Positions 59,562 through 64,000 of a DNA stretch of 64,000 nt are shown here, piece after piece (the first letter of the stretch is position 1; every line of letters begins with the position of its first letter). Below the pieces are notes generated by a model that saw only the letters and a program-made list of their open reading frames with translations, made no database searches and had not been told where the DNA came from. The DNA is from an uncultured delta proteobacterium (GTDB lineage: Bacteria; Desulfobacterota; Desulfobaccia; Desulfobaccales; 0-14-0-80-60-11). The stretch covers positions 192,001-256,000 of the forward strand of contig CAWETI010000002.1 of NCBI GenBank assembly GCA_963812015.1, given 5' to 3'. A program made the translations under genes and the position numbers.

Positions 59562-60836
59562 ATGGATAAATGTTCTCACGGAGCCGATCCCAAGTCCTGC
59601 GGCGAAGATCCCAAGTCTTGCCCGGGGTGCGATCCGGCTCATCATGCCGTTGAAAAAGATCAGGAAGAGATGGAATTGACCCGGGCCCTGAAGCAGATTC
59701 GCCACAAGCTGGTGGTGATGAGCGGCAAGGGGGGCGTAGGCAAGAGCAGCGTCGCCGTTAGCCTGGCCCTGGGCCTGGCCCGCCGGGGCAAAAAGGTGGG
59801 GTTGATGGATGTGGATCTCCACGGCCCCAACGTCTTGCGGATGCTGGGCCTGAAGGAACCCCTGGACCTGAGCCACGCCCAGTTTCCCCTGCCCCCGGAC
59901 CTGTTTGATAACCTCCGGGTCATCTCCGTCGAGGCCATCATGCGCGACCGGGAGATGGCGGTAATCTGGCGGGGGCCCCTGAAGCACCAGCTCATCCGGC
60001 AGTTCATCAGCGAAGTGCAGTGGGGGGACCTGGACTACCTGGTGGTGGATTCACCGCCGGGGACCGGGGATGAGCCCATGAGCGTGGCCCAGACCATTCC
60101 CGACGCCCAGGCCGTCATCGTCACCACCCCCCAGGAGATTTCCCTGGCGGACGTGCGCAAGTCCCTTAATTTCTGCGAAAAGATCAACATGAAGGTGGTG
60201 GGGATTGTGGAGAACATGAGCGGCTACGCCTGCCCCCACTGCGGCAAGGACCTGCCCCTGTTCAAGAGCGGCGGCGGCTTAAAGACCGCCCAGGCCGCCA
60301 AGGTTCCTTTCCTGGGGGCCCTGCCCTTTGACCCCCAGGTGGTGGAAGCCGCGGACGAGGGCCGGCTCCTGGATGTCAAGGAGGCCGACAGCCCCTTCTT
60401 CCAGGCCCTGAAGCCCATCGTGGATTATATCCTGGAGACCCTGCCCGCCACGCCGCTGGCCATTCGGGAGCCGGGGGTCCTGAAGTTCGCCCTGCCGGTG
60501 GAAGACGGCAAGCTGTCGGATAAGTTCGGCCAGGCCTCCCACTTTGCCTTCTTCACGGTGAAAAACGGCGCCGTGGGTCCCAAGGACCTCGTCCCCAGCC
60601 CGCCCCACGAACCCGGCGGCGTTCCCGTGTGGCTGGACGGCCTGGGCGTGACCCACGTCATCGCCGGCACCCTGGGGGAGAAGGCCCAGGCGCTCTTGAC
60701 CAAAAAAGGCATCGAAGTGATCGCCGGCGCCCCCCTGGAAGCCCCGGAGGCCCTGGTGGAAAAATACCTGAAACAGACCCTGACCACCAGCCCCCGGAAA
60801 CATCCGGGGGGCTGCTCCCAGTGTTCAACGGCTTAA
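59562..60836 (+). CDS. mrp: Mrp/NBP35 (ApbC) Fe-S carrier fused to a NifB/NifX-like domain
   Basis: GKGGVGKS, DSPPGTGDE, ENMS..CPHC; C-terminal FALPVEDG...FGQASHF...VIAG domain. Confidence 0.92.
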   Translation: MDKCSHGADPKSCGEDPKSCPGCDPAHHAVEKDQEEMELTRALKQIRHKLVVMSGKGGVGKSSVAVSLALGLARRGKKVGLMDVDLHGPNVLRMLGLKEPLDLSHAQFPLPPDLFDNLRVISVEAIMRDREMAVIWRGPLKHQLIRQFISEVQWGDLDYLVVDSPPGTGDEPMSVAQTIPDAQAVIVTTPQEISLADVRKSLNFCEKINMKVVGIVENMSGYACPHCGKDLPLFKSGGGLKTAQAAKVPFLGALPFDPQVVEAADEGRLLDVKEADSPFFQALKPIVDYILETLPATPLAIREPGVLKFALPVEDGKLSDKFGQASHFAFFTVKNGAVGPKDLVPSPPHEPGGVPVWLDGLGVTHVIAGTLGEKAQALLTKKGIEVIAGAPLEAPEALVEKYLKQTLTTSPRKHPGGCSQCSTA

Positions 60837-60849
60837 GATGAAGGTAATG

Positions 60850-60995
60850 TGAGGGGAGGACCGGGGGAATTTTTTGTAAGGCATTCCCCCGCCCTCCTCT
60901 CTGACTCCCCTCCCAGCGCCCGGTAAGGGGTTGGGGGAGGGAGGATGAGGGAGGGGGAAGGGGCACTTAGGAAAAAGCCCCTTGCCCCTCCCTCA
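60850..60995 (-). repeat. About 150-bp dispersed intergenic element, copy 2
   Basis: Reverse-complement match to 35745-35904; both ends read TGAGGG(G)AGG inward; its terminal TGA is the rimI stop. Confidence 0.75.
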
Positions 60996-61469
60996 TGTAT
61001 TTCCGTCTTCGCTCCAATCCAGGGTCAGGAGCAGGGCGTCTTCGTTGGTGTCGTCGTAGTAGCGGGGGCGGCGGCCCACTTCCTTGAAGCCGAAGGACTG
61101 GTACAGGGCCCGGCCGGCGAGGTTGGACGGTCTGACCTCCAGCCAGGCGAGCGCGGCGCCCAGGGTCCGGGCCTGGCCCAGGCCCTCGGCCAGCAACCGC
61201 CGGGCGATGCCCCGCCGCCGGTGTTCGGGATGCACCGCCAGGTTGAGGATGTGCATTTCATCGAGTACCACCCAGAAATTGAGGTAACCCCAGGTCTGCC
61301 AGGGTTGAGGAGGGGAGGGGCCGGCCACCAGCATGTGGCTGTTCCGTTGGCCCAATTCCCCCAGGAAGGACCACCGGGACCAGGGGGTGGGAAAGGATGC
61401 CTGTTCAATGGCCCAGACGGCCGTGACATCCGCCAGGCCGGCCCGGCGGATGAGGAGCCCCTGGGTCAT
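60993..61469 (-). CDS. rimI: Ribosomal protein S18 alanine N-acetyltransferase
   Basis: IEQASFPTPWS, LNLAVHPEHRRRGIA, LEVRPSN and RPRYY..EDA. Confidence 0.94.
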   Translation of the reverse strand: MTQGLLIRRAGLADVTAVWAIEQASFPTPWSRWSFLGELGQRNSHMLVAGPSPPQPWQTWGYLNFWVVLDEMHILNLAVHPEHRRRGIARRLLAEGLGQARTLGAALAWLEVRPSNLAGRALYQSFGFKEVGRRPRYYDDTNEDALLLTLDWSEDGNT

Positions 61470-61867
61470 TTCTTATGAAGAACCTCGCTGGCCACGGTAA
61501 TCCCCTTCTGACCGGATTGCTTCAGAGTCAGGGCGGCCTGGCGCACGTCATTTTGATCCCGGATATGGGCCAGTTTCATCAGCATGGGCAGGTTGACGCC
61601 GGTGACGACCTCCACCTTGCCCTCTTGCAGAAAGGATAGGGTGAGATTGGACGGGGTCCCTCCCAGCATATCGGTGAGGATGATTATCCCATTGCCGCCA
61701 TTCACCTGGGACAGGCCCCGCTGGATTTGCTGGCGGGAGGCCTCGGGGGGCGCGCTGGGATCCAGGGACAGGGCCACGATGCCCTCCTGCCGCCCCAGGA
61801 TCAGGTCCCAGACGCTCACCAAGGCCTCGGCCAGTTCCTGGTGAGTGACGATTAAGATTCCGATCAT
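61466..61867 (-). CDS. PTS mannose/fructose-type IIA component
   Basis: ILIVTH, LTDMLGGTPSN and TGVNLPML. Confidence 0.93.
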   Translation of the reverse strand: MIGILIVTHQELAEALVSVWDLILGRQEGIVALSLDPSAPPEASRQQIQRGLSQVNGGNGIIILTDMLGGTPSNLTLSFLQEGKVEVVTGVNLPMLMKLAHIRDQNDVRQAALTLKQSGQKGITVASEVLHKK

Positions 61868-62790
61868 AACGAGTCTCCTGCAGACCGCGGCATATCGCGA
61901 TGGCTAAGGGTGAACGGATAATTTTCCTGGTTCAGATGGTCCGCCAGGACGTTGGCGATGACCACCGACCGGTGCTGGCCTCCGGTGCAGCCGATGGCCA
62001 GGGTGAGATGGGTTTTGCCTTCTTCCTGGTAGTGGGGCAGCAAAAAATCCACAAACCTGAACAGGTGGTCGAGAAAGGCCCTGGTGTCGGGTTGCTCCAG
62101 GACATACTTCCGGACCCCGGGATTTTCTCCGGTCAGGGGCTGCAATTCCTCCACAAAGAATGGGTTGGGCAGGAACCGCACATCCAGCACCATGTCGGCT
62201 TCCGGGGGGATGCCCTTCTTGTAGGCAAACGAGATGAGATGCAGCCACATCCGCTGGCGAGGCAACAACTCGGAGTATTCTTCCTTGATGAGCTCCCGCA
62301 GTTGATGCGGGTTGTAGTGGGAGCTGTCGATGATCCGGTGGGCCAGCCGGCGCAAGCCCGCCAGGGAGTCGCGTTCCTGGCGCAGGGCCTGGATGATGGT
62401 GTCATGGTCCGCCAGGGGGTGCTGGCGTCGGGTCTGGCTGAAACGGCGGATTAAGGTGGCTTCATCCGCCTCCAGAAAGATGATGTGGAGGTGGTAGCCC
62501 TGGCTTTCCAGACTGCCGAAGACCTGGGCGTAATTCTGCAAAAACCCTTCGGTGCGCACATCCATGACCAGGGCGATCTTGCGCCCGGCTTGAACGGCCT
62601 CAGACTGCATCTGCAGGAAGGGGGGGAGCAGGCTCAGGGGCAGGTTGTCGACGCAAAAATAGCCGATATCTTCCAGGGCGCGCAGCACCGTGCTCTTCCC
62701 GGAACCGGACAGCCCCGTGAGGATGAGAATGGAAAAAGGAAAAGGGGTTTGGGGGTTCGATTCCGGGTGCTGATCTGATGCATGCGCCAT
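61864..62790 (-). CDS. rapZ: RNase adapter RapZ
   Basis: TGLSGSGKS, CVDNLP, DVRFLPNPF and GCTGGQHRSV. Confidence 0.96.
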   Translation of the reverse strand: MAHASDQHPESNPQTPFPFSILILTGLSGSGKSTVLRALEDIGYFCVDNLPLSLLPPFLQMQSEAVQAGRKIALVMDVRTEGFLQNYAQVFGSLESQGYHLHIIFLEADEATLIRRFSQTRRQHPLADHDTIIQALRQERDSLAGLRRLAHRIIDSSHYNPHQLRELIKEEYSELLPRQRMWLHLISFAYKKGIPPEADMVLDVRFLPNPFFVEELQPLTGENPGVRKYVLEQPDTRAFLDHLFRFVDFLLPHYQEEGKTHLTLAIGCTGGQHRSVVIANVLADHLNQENYPFTLSHRDMPRSAGDSL

Positions 62791-62864
62791 CTTTGCCGTT
62801 TCTCGTGAGCGTGAGCGGCTGATCCGTCTGCCGTCATCATACGCTGAGATTATCCGGACCTTGC

Positions 62865-63326
62865 TTAAAATTCCGCGTCTCGTTCGGCAATCAAGCGGTA
62901 AATCTCTTCGGCCCCCTCGGCCTTCAAGAGATGATCCCGAAACGGCTGACTCATGAGCATCCGGGAAATCTTGGCCAGGGCCTTGAGATGAAGACCGGCA
63001 GAATTAACCGGGGCAAGCAGCATGAAAAAGAGATGCGACGGCTTGCCATCCATGGAGTCGAAGTCAACCCCTTTGACACTCCGGCCGAAACACAGCATGA
63101 GCCGGGAGAGCTGCGCCAGTTTGCCGTGGGGTATGGCGATATTATCGCCGATGCCGGTGCTTCCGAGGCGCTCCCGGTCCAGCAGCACCTCCATCACGGA
63201 TTGGAGCGAGAGTCCATCGGGCCCTGGCGCCAGGGTCTTGGCCAGCTCTTCAAGAACTCCCTTTTTATTGGTGGCCTGCAAATTGGCCAAAATACAATTT
63301 GGGGCCAGAAGATCGATAATTTTCAT
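62865..63326 (-). CDS. ptsN: PTS IIA-Ntr
   Basis: RERLGSTGIGDNIAIPHGK and HLKALA; in the rpoN operon. Confidence 0.94.
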   Translation of the reverse strand: MKIIDLLAPNCILANLQATNKKGVLEELAKTLAPGPDGLSLQSVMEVLLDRERLGSTGIGDNIAIPHGKLAQLSRLMLCFGRSVKGVDFDSMDGKPSHLFFMLLAPVNSAGLHLKALAKISRMLMSQPFRDHLLKAEGAEEIYRLIAERDAEF

Positions 63327-63344
63327 GCCGTTCCCTAAAACCCT

Positions 63345-63872
63345 CTATCCCAGGTCGGGTTCGGCCAGGACATAGTTGCCGTCCTGGCGTCGATATAAGA
63401 TGTTCAAACTGCCGCTGGCCACGTCGGTGAAGACCAGCAGGTCATCTTTGCCGCCTTGCATCAGTTCCAGCGCGTCGGTGAGTTGCAGGGCCGGCACCTC
63501 CACCCGCTTACGCCGCAGGGCCGGCAAGGCCGGGGTTTCATCCGGTGCGGCCGCCACCGGGGCCGCCGATCGGCTCCGGTCGCCCTTGGCGCTCCGCATT
63601 TTGTCCCGAAACTTTTTCAACTGCATATCGATCTTGTCCATCACCAGATCGATAGCCGCGTACATGTCGGTGTTCTCTTCCTTGCCTTTAATGATCCGGC
63701 CATTGTTGTCGATCGTGACGTCCGCCAGATGACGAAATTTTGCCAGCCCCAAAACCACGTGGGCTTCCACCGGCCCGTCCAGATACCGCGTGAATTTATT
63801 TAACCGGTCAGTCACGTAATTTTTCAAGGCCTCAGTGGGTTCAAGCTGTCTAAAAGTTACGGAAATTTGCAT
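63345..63872 (-). CDS. hpf: Ribosome hibernation promoting factor (long HPF/RaiA)
   Basis: MQISVTFRQ, DMYAAIDL and C-terminal NILYRRQDGNY. Confidence 0.94.
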   Translation of the reverse strand: MQISVTFRQLEPTEALKNYVTDRLNKFTRYLDGPVEAHVVLGLAKFRHLADVTIDNNGRIIKGKEENTDMYAAIDLVMDKIDMQLKKFRDKMRSAKGDRSRSAAPVAAAPDETPALPALRRKRVEVPALQLTDALELMQGGKDDLLVFTDVASGSLNILYRRQDGNYVLAEPDLG

Positions 63873-63914
63873 TATTGCCTCCCAAAGGGTTGGACTCCCA
63901 GCAAAGCCGGGATA

Positions 63915-64000
63915 TCAAGCAGCGTGATTTTCTGGCGAGCTCTTGCGTCGGTACCCGGGTCTCTTGCGTTTACTGGAGGGAAGCACCCCCAGCATGCCGC
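63915..64000 (-). CDS. rpoN: 3' end of RNA polymerase sigma-54 (partial)
   Basis: Reads GMLGVLPSSKRKRPGYRRKSSPENHAA*, resembling the post-RpoN-box terminus; lies directly upstream of hpf-ptsN-rapZ. Confidence 0.75.
   Translation of the reverse strand, partial: GMLGVLPSSKRKRPGYRRKSSPENHAA

Overview
High-GC chromosomal segment. The Hmc complex, MvhD, Mrp-NifX fusion and panC-panD-metK-ahcY order suggest an anaerobic Desulfobacterota (deltaproteobacterial) organism; this is inference. Contents in order: the 5' part of a fused pyruvate:ferredoxin oxidoreductase; a GSU2403-type nucleotidyltransferase-fold gene; cydAB; two methyltransferases (one menG/ubiE); a complete hmcABCDEF operon (hmcD is missed by the ORF track); a V4R-GAF-PAS hybrid kinase; a stress-like cluster (USP, GAPDH, baeRF/Balon-like, DUF72, patatin); a tandem double malic enzyme; a heme-c sensor kinase; a B12 radical SAM; an HD-GYP gene with an orphan RsbT; hpt, ppx and guaB; a low-GC XRE + ImmA/IrrE islet; an orphan mvhD behind an hdrA-like remnant; a kinase-receiver-cyclase operon; purine, pantothenate and SAM genes; and the rpoN-hpf-ptsN-rapZ-EIIA-rimI operon. 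I saw no tRNA, rRNA, CRISPR array, transposase or integrase. Intergenic DNA carries several MITE/REP-like families. Best leads: (1) the double malic enzyme, whose halves have lost complementary catalytic motifs, as expected for a single-site intramolecular pseudo-dimer; (2) a Cya2-type putative guanylyl cyclase phosphorelay; (3) a terminator/antiterminator leader before panC; (4) an XRE-ImmA islet with tandem operators and an HExxH-to-HExxN change; (5) a Balon-like hibernation-factor candidate. All family assignments come from motif recognition by eye, not database searches.
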